In this document: positions 10,289 through 18,404 of the stretch, one piece after another | Layout: each line of letters opens with the position of its first letter | Position numbering within the stretch: position 1 is the stretch's first letter | NCBI GenBank assembly: GCA_963704645.1 | Contig: OY969926.1 | Coordinates: forward strand, 192,001-256,000 | From: an uncultured bacterium | GTDB lineage: Bacteria > Patescibacteriota > JACMRA01 | Direction of reading: 5' to 3' | Length of the DNA: 64,000 bases | Notes under the pieces: generated by a model | Databases searched by the model: none | What the model saw: only the letters and a program-made list of their open reading frames with translations | Told to the model about the DNA's origin: nothing | Made by a program: the position numbers and the translations under genes

Positions 10289-10930
10289 TTGGCTTACAAC
10301 ATGTTGCCCGTTCAAATAGAAGAAGTAAGTAGAGAATTTAGAAAATTGCCTGGTGTTGGCAGCCGTGGCAGTCAAAAAATTGCTTTAGATATTTTACAGC
10401 TAAGCAGTCAAGATTTTGCTGGTCTTATTTTACATTTAGATAATATGAAGAAAAATGTAATGTTTTGTAGCAATTGTGGGTTTTTTGCCGAAAATAATGG
10501 TTCAAAAGTTTTATGTAATATTTGCCAAGACAGAAGCAGAATTCAACACCAAATTTGTTTGGTAGAAAAAACAACCGATATTATTTCCCTAGAAAAAAGC
10601 CAGAGCTACCGTGGCTTATACCATGTTCTAGAAAAGCTTATTTCCCCTCTAGATAACGTTTTCCCGCAAGATACAAAATTAAACGATTTACTTGAAAGAA
10701 GGTTAATAGAAAACACTGGAAATATTGAGCTTATAATATTCTTCAAACAGGGTTTTTCCGCCGATGCGACGGTAGCTTATTTGCTTGAAAGACTGAAACA
10801 AACAGGACTAGATAAACGAGTTAAAATTACTAAACTAGCTCAAGGTTTACCAATGTATTTCAACACCGATTCCCTAGACAACGAAACCCTATCCAGAGCC
10901 GTGCAAGACAGAAAAGAAGTAAGCTTATAA
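10289..10930 (+). CDS. recR: Recombination mediator RecR (likely start ATG 10301)
   Basis: HhH LPGVG, C4 zinc finger (CSNC...CNIC), Toprim ICLVE, YRGLYHVL, ISPLD, LAQGLP. Confidence 0.93.
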   Translation: MAYNMLPVQIEEVSREFRKLPGVGSRGSQKIALDILQLSSQDFAGLILHLDNMKKNVMFCSNCGFFAENNGSKVLCNICQDRSRIQHQICLVEKTTDIISLEKSQSYRGLYHVLEKLISPLDNVFPQDTKLNDLLERRLIENTGNIELIIFFKQGFSADATVAYLLERLKQTGLDKRVKITKLAQGLPMYFNTDSLDNETLSRAVQDRKEVSL

Positions 10931-10934
10931 TTTC

Positions 10935-10957
10935 GTAGGGGCGATGCCCCATCGCCT
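10935..10957 (+). repeat. GTAG-type REP palindrome
   Basis: GTAGG-GGCGATG-CCC-CATCGCC just after the recR stop; same core recurs at 34589. Confidence 0.75.
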
Positions 10958-11028
10958 GCACTGCTGAACCAAGATAATCTTTTCACCCAAAGAAAAATTG
11001 CCCTTCATTACGAAACGGGCAACCTTGA

Positions 11029-11508
11029 TTAAGAATTGAACCACAGCAAATATGGTTTAGAAAATTTTTCCCGTATATTGTCTAAAATTTCATTAATCTC
11101 CCACTCTTCTTCTAATTTACGGAACTTTTCAGGATCAGTTATCTCCAGAATTTTTCTTAAGTAGGTGGGGTTATCATCACAACCTCTTAAAAGGATAACT
11201 TTGCAAACCAAGTTGTAATTTTTATTAAAATAAGCTTTTAATATAATTTCCTTGTGGTAAAATACCCATGATATTGATTTTCCAACTACAAAATTGCTTT
11301 TGGTAAGCTTCCAGGGATTGAGCTTAAAGCAAGATATAAATTTTGTTGAAAATTCTTTCTCACGTTCAAAGTTTAAAAGCACTGTAAAAATTGAGCATCT
11401 TGAACTTCCAAAAAAGTCTGTCTTAAAGAAATAGTCTAAGAATAATTTAAACTGATTTTCATTTAAAGTTTTGGCTATGTACCTTGGTTTTTTAACTTTT
11501 TTTCTCAA
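11029..11508 (-). CDS. Hypothetical protein (SD-led monocistronic ORFan)
   Basis: GGAGG-7nt-TTG start, upstream TTGACC, downstream hairpin TTGCCC...GGGCAA. Confidence 0.7.
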   Translation of the reverse strand: MRKKVKKPRYIAKTLNENQFKLFLDYFFKTDFFGSSRCSIFTVLLNFEREKEFSTKFISCFKLNPWKLTKSNFVVGKSISWVFYHKEIILKAYFNKNYNLVCKVILLRGCDDNPTYLRKILEITDPEKFRKLEEEWEINEILDNIREKFSKPYLLWFNS

Positions 11509-11575
11509 AATATTACCTCCACAAAAATATACATCACCTTATATAAAAAGCACATAATTCACCTTTGGTCAAAAA

Positions 11576-11601
11576 GAAAAAACTCCCAAGCGTGGGAGTT
11601 A
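11576..11601 (-). terminator. Intrinsic terminator
   Basis: AACTCCCA-AGCG-TGGGAGTT hairpin with flanking A-run. Confidence 0.75.
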
Positions 11602-11619
11602 AATGTCGTATAGATTTGT

Positions 11620-12195
11620 TTATGCAAGAAGCAGAACTCTTCTGTCTTTATCTCTGAATTCAGAAGTTTCTGGATAATCTAAATTTACTTGCTCCATTGT
11701 ACTTATGAAAGGTGGTGAATAATTTGGCCTCCAAATAAAGTTGTACTCCCTCCAAAAGCTTGCACCCCTTGGTAAATTTGGATCAATGTTTGGATTGTCC
11801 CAATATGCAGTTATAATTGAGAAAAATCTACCACATTGGCTAAGCTGCATGACAACTTTTAACAGACTACTAGCTACTTCTATGAAATCCTGGCCGAATA
11901 CAACCTTACTTGGTGCAATTCTACCTGGTCTAAAAGAAAAGTAGGCTTCATCTGTGATGTTAATTCTATCAGCTGGAACAACATTACTTGTGCCAATATA
12001 GCCGTGTCTAATTAGATTAACTCTAGCAACAAGAATGTCCCTGCTTTTGATGCATCTGGTGTCAATGGATGTTCCAGCAAGTAGTAAAGCATTAGCATCA
12101 ATACCACTTATATGATCTTCCAGGTGAGGTCTTCTATCATTAAGAAGGACCAGATTTTTCCCACACCTTAGGCTTCCAATAACCTCGTCTCCCAA
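11620..12195 (-). CDS. Hypothetical protein (SD-led monocistronic)
   Basis: GGAGG-5nt-TTG start; motifs HLEDH, IGTSNVV, RPGR, IITAY, FW. Confidence 0.75.
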   Translation of the reverse strand: MGDEVIGSLRCGKNLVLLNDRRPHLEDHISGIDANALLLAGTSIDTRCIKSRDILVARVNLIRHGYIGTSNVVPADRINITDEAYFSFRPGRIAPSKVVFGQDFIEVASSLLKVVMQLSQCGRFFSIITAYWDNPNIDPNLPRGASFWREYNFIWRPNYSPPFISTMEQVNLDYPETSEFRDKDRRVLLLA

Positions 12196-12345
12196 TTCTC
12201 CCTCCAGAAAAACTTAGTTAGAAAAGTAAAAAATATTTTATAATATTCTACTAATCTAAGTAATTTAAATTTTTATTAATCAGTCAAAGTTTATGAATTG
12301 ACTAAACATTTTGGGCGTGTAAACTTAAATTAAATTCAGCCAATT

Positions 12346-12807
12346 ATGCAAGAAAATTTAACTGTCAGTAAACCCATAAAAGACATTAAAAATAGTTATT
12401 TAGCCGCCATCCAAAATTCTGTAGGCTCAAGGCTTTGGCAAAATTTTTACGTGGTTGCAGGTGACGGCAAAGTTGATGTAATGAAATCTGGCGGTTTAAG
12501 TTGTGCTTTTTATGTCTCCACAATTCTAAGTATGTTTGGCTTAATTAATAGTGTGCATGCCACGGTTAAAAGTACAATTGAGGATTTAAAAGAAAATGGA
12601 TATATAGAAACACAAACTCCAATCAAAGGTGATATAATTATTTGGGAAGCGCAAAACTTTGAAGGTGAGACTCACTCTCACATTGGTTTTTGGTGGAATG
12701 AAACCACAGCGGTTTCTAATTCAGATTTAAACGGCTTTCCAATTTTTCACAGTATTAATTTTTTTGGAAGTAGGAAGATTGAGGGTGTTTATAGTAAAAA
12801 AGCTTAA
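12346..12807 (+). CDS. NlpC/P60-CHAP-like papain-fold protein
   Basis: LSCAFYVS (candidate catalytic Cys), GDIIIW, HSHIGF (His), AVSN. Confidence 0.65.
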   Translation: MQENLTVSKPIKDIKNSYLAAIQNSVGSRLWQNFYVVAGDGKVDVMKSGGLSCAFYVSTILSMFGLINSVHATVKSTIEDLKENGYIETQTPIKGDIIIWEAQNFEGETHSHIGFWWNETTAVSNSDLNGFPIFHSINFFGSRKIEGVYSKKA

Positions 12808-12982
12808 ACTAACAATTAAGATTTAACCAATGACTTATAAAATCTGTTTGTTTAAAAGCTTGATGAGTATTATAAATTTAAGACGACTACAATAAAAATC
12901 TGATCGCAGAATGTAATCAGTTGATAAATAGTTAGGAGATAGCAATTGACCTTTGTAAATTTTTATGCTTGTTTATAAATAC

Positions 12983-14218
12983 ATGAAAAATGTTAATACA
13001 ATGTTAAGTGCACTTTTATTAGTTGCCGCATTAATCTCACCAAATTCTTCAACTGTTACAGCTAACGCCACTGCAGCAAATTCTTGTACCTACGTCGGCC
13101 CATGGCAAGCCAATTCAGCTACTGTTAACTCTCCAGCTTCTTTTACAGAACTTATTAATACAACTAACAACTCTGCAAAATTAATGCAGGCAATTAGAGG
13201 CACAGATAATAGAATTTATACAAGAACTGTTTCTCAAGTTCCTCTTTCAGAAGACGTTTGGTCTACTTGGCAAGAAGGGAACGGAATTACAGTTAAATCT
13301 GAACCAGACTTAATTGCATATCAGGCTACAAATACACCTGGATCAGGAGTTTTCTTCATGACTGCTTATGGAACAGATAACGGTATTTACACTAGAAGTT
13401 CTAACAATGGAACAACTTGGACTGCTTGGACAAGAGGTGGTGACATTACTTTAAAAGCTAAACCAACCACTAGCGTTTGGGGTATGCTTAACGCAAGCTT
13501 AGGTTATTACGATGCTTGGAAGTTAGTTCAAACAGGTTACGGTTCTGATAACGGTTTATACACAAGAACATCTTTAAACGGTACAACTTGGACTGCTTGG
13601 GCAAGGGGTGGAGCAATTACTTTAGCTTCTTCTGTAGAACAAGTAGATTATGCAGGAAAACTAGCTCAATTCGCCAGAGGAACTGATAACGGCTTATACA
13701 GTAGATACACAACCGATGGAAGTGTTTGGACAGCTTGGACTAGAAATAGTGGTGGCATTACTGTTTTAGACGAAACTACAACAACTGTAGGATTGTTTGG
13801 AAGCACAGGAAAGTTACTTCAAGTGGTTAGAGGAACAGATAAAGGCCTTTATTTCCGCAGTTCAACTAACAATACATCTTGGACCGATTGGGCAAGACTA
13901 GGCAATTTAACTGCTGCAGATAAACCGACCATTACAACTTCTAGAAATAGTGGTTGTGGAACAGAAAATGTAATGAGACTATACTCCAGAGGAACCGACA
14001 ACAGATTGTACGGCGTAGAAAATGGTGGAATTGATTCTGCAGATTTTGGTTTTAGCCAAGGTTTAAACTGGAGCTCTGACACAGGAATTACTTTAAACAA
14101 TAACATTTCTGTAGTAGAATTTACACCTACCTTTGACGCTTTTGGAAGTATTCAATCTGCTAGAGGAACTGATAACAGATTATACACAAGAACAATTACA
14201 TCTGGACTTGCAGGTTAG
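12983..14218 (+). CDS. Secreted beta-propeller repeat protein, lectin-like
   Basis: Signal peptide (ANA) then about 7 repeats xGTDNxLYTR...WTAWxRGGxIT, resembling PLL/fucose-lectin blades. ORF track start is 12965. Confidence 0.75.
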   Translation: MKNVNTMLSALLLVAALISPNSSTVTANATAANSCTYVGPWQANSATVNSPASFTELINTTNNSAKLMQAIRGTDNRIYTRTVSQVPLSEDVWSTWQEGNGITVKSEPDLIAYQATNTPGSGVFFMTAYGTDNGIYTRSSNNGTTWTAWTRGGDITLKAKPTTSVWGMLNASLGYYDAWKLVQTGYGSDNGLYTRTSLNGTTWTAWARGGAITLASSVEQVDYAGKLAQFARGTDNGLYSRYTTDGSVWTAWTRNSGGITVLDETTTTVGLFGSTGKLLQVVRGTDKGLYFRSSTNNTSWTDWARLGNLTAADKPTITTSRNSGCGTENVMRLYSRGTDNRLYGVENGGIDSADFGFSQGLNWSSDTGITLNNNISVVEFTPTFDAFGSIQSARGTDNRLYTRTITSGLAG

Positions 14219-14349
14219 TTTTAAACTAAACAAACACAAGGCAAAATTTGAAATAAAATAAATTGCCACCAGAGCCCTACTAATAACAAGTAGGGTTAAG
14301 TTTTTAGGTGGAAAAGATTGTGAGCCTGATCTAAATTGAAAATTCAATT

Positions 14350-14790
14350 ATATTTTATCTCAAACTAAACTTAATTGTTCTTTTAATAATTCAAGCTTGT
14401 TATTCCAAACACGATATTTTCCTGCATGTGGTTCTAGTCCATACTTGGCTTCTAATGGCATTCTAGTATTGTAAAAATAATTGATTTATACAGTTCCAAA
14501 TACTCATTTATAGATTTCTTAGAAAACAAGTCAGGGTTTTTCAAACATTCTTTCAAAGCATCAGTGGATAGTTGCAAGTCTTTAATTCTAAAATGATCAC
14601 TAAGACTGTTTAATACAGCTAAGTTTGATTTTGCTCAGCTTTTAAATAGGACCTTAGAGATTCTCTGTTATGACGTTTTATACTTTTATGTTTGTAATAA
14701 TAAGCTAATGTAGCAACAAAACCAAGCACAAAACCAACTATTGTTTCAAACACTCGATCAAATTAGTGAAAGAACATCTGGAACATACTG
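14350..14790 (-). pseudogene. Gene fragments downstream of tRNA-Gln
   Basis: Orphan C-termini LFDRVFETIVGFVLGFVATLAYYYKHK (FUSC-like last helix) and YFYNTRMPLEAKYGLEPHAGKYRVWNNKLELLKEQLSLV*. Confidence 0.45.
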
Positions 14791-14833
14791 AAGTTAATTT
14801 TAAGATTTTTAATTATAGTGTTATATTTTTATT

Positions 14834-14907
14834 TGGTTCGGGAATAGGGATTCGAACCCCAATAGTTGGTACCAGAAACCAAAGTCCTACCATTAGACGA
14901 TTCCCGA
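14834..14907 (-). tRNA. tRNA-Gln(CUG)
   Basis: Minus strand TCGGGAA...TTGGT-TT-CTG-GT-ACCAA...GGTTCGAAT...TTCCCGA-A-CCA. Confidence 0.93.
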
Positions 14908-14962
14908 ATAATTTATTGTTTTTGTTTTTTATATTGCTACTTTTAGCCTGGTTTTTGTCAAA

Positions 14963-15679
14963 CTACAGTTTCAACATTTGCTGCAAAGCAGGGTATATTT
15001 CTTCAACACTGTTCACAATTTTGGTTGGCTTGGACTTAGCAATTTTTTGTGCAGTATTATAACCATAAGTAACAGCCAGAACTGGAATTTTTAAAGGTCT
15101 GGCGTCTTTAATATCACTGGCCATATCTGTAACAAAAACTACATTTTCCAGTTTTACATTATGCGACTTAATTATTTCATCCAAAGCTTGTGTTTTCACC
15201 ATAGTTTTTTCAAATCCGTGAACCTGTGTGAAATATTTTGCCAAGTTGGATTTTGCTAAAAACAAATTAATTCCACTGGCTTGATTGTTGCTTAAAATAA
15301 CCATTTCACTTCTTGTATAAAGTTCTTGTAGCAACGCTGGAATACCCTTAAAATAATCTGCTTGTAATAAAATTGGGCCAAAATATTTTACAATGCCATG
15401 TTTAAACTTTTTTGTGTTGAATAACTGATGTACAATTCCCTTAGCTCCAGCTATAAATCCATGTTTTCTAAATCTATTCAACACTAGCTTTGGAGCAGTT
15501 TGCGTTGTAACGTTTAAGTCATTGTAAAATTCTTCCTTAGATGAAAATGGAGTAAAGCCATATTCTTTAGAAGCCAAAATAGAAGCTTCATATGCTTGTT
15601 TAAACGTATCGGCTATTACACCATCAAAATCGAAGATAATAAGTTTTTTTGAATTTTTTAAGTTGTTTTGTAAAGACAT
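14963..15679 (-). CDS. HAD-family hydrolase (phosphoglycolate phosphatase-like)
   Basis: IFDFDGVIADT motif I, ILSNN, K, VFVTDMASDI, VTYGY. Confidence 0.9.
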   Translation of the reverse strand: MSLQNNLKNSKKLIIFDFDGVIADTFKQAYEASILASKEYGFTPFSSKEEFYNDLNVTTQTAPKLVLNRFRKHGFIAGAKGIVHQLFNTKKFKHGIVKYFGPILLQADYFKGIPALLQELYTRSEMVILSNNQASGINLFLAKSNLAKYFTQVHGFEKTMVKTQALDEIIKSHNVKLENVVFVTDMASDIKDARPLKIPVLAVTYGYNTAQKIAKSKPTKIVNSVEEIYPALQQMLKL

Positions 15680-15824
15680 TTGTTTGCAAATTGTAGAGAA
15701 TATTAATACGTTTCTATGATTATTTAAAACTGTACACTTTTTTTAGGTCAAGCAAGAAGTTGGGAATAAAAAATCACCTAGTTTCTAGTTAGGTGAACAG
15801 TAAATTTTTTAATTAATAGCAAAT

Positions 15825-16103
15825 TTATGAAATTAGGGTGAAATTTAGTCCTTCCAGTTTTGAAACCAATAAATCAATTTCCTCATCAACATTTGTATCA
15901 AAGAATGAAACAGCAAGTAAACAATCTTCTCCTAATGCCATCTCTTCAGGACTCATTGTGTCTAAACTACGATGGAGAATAATATCTGGCTTTGGAGATC
16001 CAGCATTTAATGCCAGTCGATTAATTAATCCTCGAATCATAATGCTATTCTTGGGCTGAAAATAAAATTTTTTGCCTAGTCGATAGTAATCTTTTTTATT
16101 CAT
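15825..16103 (-). CDS. Hypothetical protein
   Basis: 92-aa ORF followed by TCACCTA...TAGGTGA hairpin with U-tract. Confidence 0.55.
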   Translation of the reverse strand: MNKKDYYRLGKKFYFQPKNSIMIRGLINRLALNAGSPKPDIILHRSLDTMSPEEMALGEDCLLAVSFFDTNVDEEIDLLVSKLEGLNFTLIS

Positions 16104-16242
16104 TATTTGTTTACACTATAGTATCATCCACTATTCCTTATTTCCAAATTTAACAAGTTATGTAAAGTTGGCATTTCCTTTTGAAAAAGTTAGAATAAAA
16201 AAACTCCAAATAGAAGGAGTCTTAAATTGTTAGGAAAATAAG

Positions 16243-16539
16243 TTACGACTTTAATTCGCATTCACCAAGAATAAACAAACTTTCATGTGGACATTTTTCA
16301 TAAGAAAATTTATAACTGCCAAATTCAAGTAAGTTTGAAGTGTTTTCATCTCCTATTATTGAAATGAACTCACCCCCATGATAAACTGTTACTTTTACTC
16401 TTATTCCACCTAACTTATCAATATAGCAATACAATATCGATCCAACTGCTTTATAGGCTCTGACTAAGTTTAAAATTAATACAACATCAGTTTCCGCAAA
16501 AACTTTATTCGTCTGTAACCTAATTTCATCCACATTCAT
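16243..16539 (-). CDS. Hypothetical protein (SD-led)
   Basis: GAGG-8nt-ATG at 16539 (track start TTG 16563); hairpin ACTCC...GGAGT downstream. Confidence 0.6.
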   Translation of the reverse strand: MNVDEIRLQTNKVFAETDVVLILNLVRAYKAVGSILYCYIDKLGGIRVKVTVYHGGEFISIIGDENTSNLLEFGSYKFSYEKCPHESLFILGECELKS

Positions 16540-16591
16540 AAATTTTCCCTCAACAATAGACAATTTGTTAAATACATTTCAGATTTAGGCA

Positions 16592-16999
16592 ATGGCTGTA
16601 ATTATTTTGAACCGTAAGGCTAAATTTGACTATGAAATTTTAGAGACTTTCCAAGCTGGAATGGCCTTAGATGGGCGTATGGTAAAATTGGTTAGGGCAA
16701 GAAAAGTAGCTTTGAACAGTGTGTTTATAATTTTTCAGAACAACCGTTTAGAGATGATTAATTTTGGAAATGAGGAAAAAAACGAAAACGTTCCCCTACT
16801 TTTAAAACCAAAAGAGGTGAAAGAAATTATGGGAAGTATTGGTGAAAAAGGTATAAGCTGTATTCCAATTAATATTAAAACTGTAGGTAGGTGGTTAAAA
16901 GCCGATATTGCTTTAGTTAGAGGAAAGAAGAACTTTGATAAAAGACAAACTATTAAAAAACGTGATTTAGATAGAGAAGAGGCTCGGGGTAAAATATAG
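16592..16999 (+). CDS. smpB: SsrA-binding protein SmpB (short, divergent)
   Basis: NRKAKFDYEILETFQAGMAL, PLLL, GKKNFDKRQTIKKRD. Confidence 0.9.
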   Translation: MAVIILNRKAKFDYEILETFQAGMALDGRMVKLVRARKVALNSVFIIFQNNRLEMINFGNEEKNENVPLLLKPKEVKEIMGSIGEKGISCIPINIKTVGRWLKADIALVRGKKNFDKRQTIKKRDLDREEARGKI

Positions 17000-17133
17000 C
17001 ATTAAAATTAATGTTTCAGTGAGATTGAGCATTTATTTATTAGGTGAAATAGTTCTAACTAATCAAATTAACCTTTGAAAGAATAGGAAAAATAAGACTT
17101 TCCAAAACCCGAAAAGTGATGTATACTACAATT

Positions 17134-17829
17134 ATGAACTCTAAATTTCGTTTAGCAATATCGGTTGCTTCATTCTTTTTGTTTTTTGGTGGAACATTGT
17201 TTGCTTTAAATAGTACTAATATTACTACACCTTCGCAATACGCAAAAGCTCAAAATGCAGACAACCCAACAAACCCTAACAACCCTGGTATAAAACTGCC
17301 TGGATCTGCAACTACTACAACTGGTTCAACCACTTCTGGAAGTACAACCACTACAGGAACTACAAGTGGAGCTACTACAGGAACTACAAGTGGAGCTACT
17401 ACTACAACTGGTTCAACTACTACTGGAGCTACAACTACTGGAGGTATTACTTCTACCACAGGAAGCACCACTACTACAACTGGGACAACTACAGGTTCTA
17501 CAACTTCTTCTGGTAACACTGGACCAATTATTACACCTCCTCCTACGCCAAACATTGGCAACGCTGGTTTACTAGATGGGGTTATTGAATCTACAGGCGG
17601 TACTACAAGTGGAAACACTACAACATCAGGAGCTACCGCAACAACTGCTAATTCAGATATAGCTGCTAACACTACTAACACTGTAAGAACTGGAGGTATT
17701 GCAACAACAGGTTTACTATTACTGGTTGCCTCTGGGGTTGGAATTTATTACTATCAGAAAAACCACAGCACAAGTAAATTTGCATTAAAAATGTCGGAAA
17801 AGAAGATTTCTACAAAATCGAAAAAATAA
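17134..17829 (+). CDS. Thr/Gly-rich mucin-like surface protein with C-terminal anchor
   Basis: Signal peptide (AKA), TTTG repeats including a 24-bp tandem duplication near 17353-17403, ends TNTVRTGG + TM + basic tail. Track start is 17116. Confidence 0.8.
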   Translation: MNSKFRLAISVASFFLFFGGTLFALNSTNITTPSQYAKAQNADNPTNPNNPGIKLPGSATTTTGSTTSGSTTTTGTTSGATTGTTSGATTTTGSTTTGATTTGGITSTTGSTTTTTGTTTGSTTSSGNTGPIITPPPTPNIGNAGLLDGVIESTGGTTSGNTTTSGATATTANSDIAANTTNTVRTGGIATTGLLLLVASGVGIYYYQKNHSTSKFALKMSEKKISTKSKK

Positions 17830-17867
17830 GGATTATTTTAAATTACACACACTGGATCTGGCAATAC

Positions 17868-18326
17868 CTAGTTTTGGCGCATTGGTGAAAAAACGTTTAT
17901 TAGCTTATCTACAGTTTGATTAAAACTATGTATTTCCTGGTCTTCTAAACTGGCACTTGGAGCAGAGAAGATATCTTCAATGACTTTAACTGCTTCATTA
18001 ACAGCCAATTCTCCTAGTGTTGTTAAATGTAAAATTCTTTCTCTTCTGTTTGTTTTATTGGTTTCGGCTTTTAAAAACTTACGTTGTTTCAAAAAATCTA
18101 CCTGCCTGCTAATAGCAGCGTCGCTTATAGAAATTATTTTGCTTAGTTGCCTCTGGTTAACTTGGTCATTCTTAGCAATGCTACTTAAAACCAAATATTG
18201 AGAATATGTAATTGGAGAGCCATGCTCTGTTAGCTTTTGTCCGGTAATGGAATCTAATAAATAAATTAATCTGTGTAAATCAAAATCTATACTAGATTTA
18301 AGCAAAGTCTTGTCAGAGATATTCAT
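17868..18326 (-). CDS. MarR-family transcriptional regulator
   Basis: ITYSQYLVL...NQRQLS...DAAISRQVDFL...NRRERILHLTTLG. Likely ATG at 18326. Confidence 0.9.
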   Translation of the reverse strand: MNISDKTLLKSSIDFDLHRLIYLLDSITGQKLTEHGSPITYSQYLVLSSIAKNDQVNQRQLSKIISISDAAISRQVDFLKQRKFLKAETNKTNRRERILHLTTLGELAVNEAVKVIEDIFSAPSASLEDQEIHSFNQTVDKLINVFSPMRQN

Positions 18327-18404
18327 ATTGGTTCCAAATAATAAGTTAGAAATCAGAAACCAATAAGACAACAATTTGTCAATATTTATTGCAAAAACAA
18401 ATAG

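Noticed and set aside
14766-15062. 98-aa plus-strand ORF
   Set aside because: Antisense to tRNA-Gln and the end of the HAD gene.
17250-17681. Val/Pro-rich antisense ORF and Leu/Gln-rich alternate frame
   Set aside because: Shadows of the Thr-codon repeats in the real surface protein.
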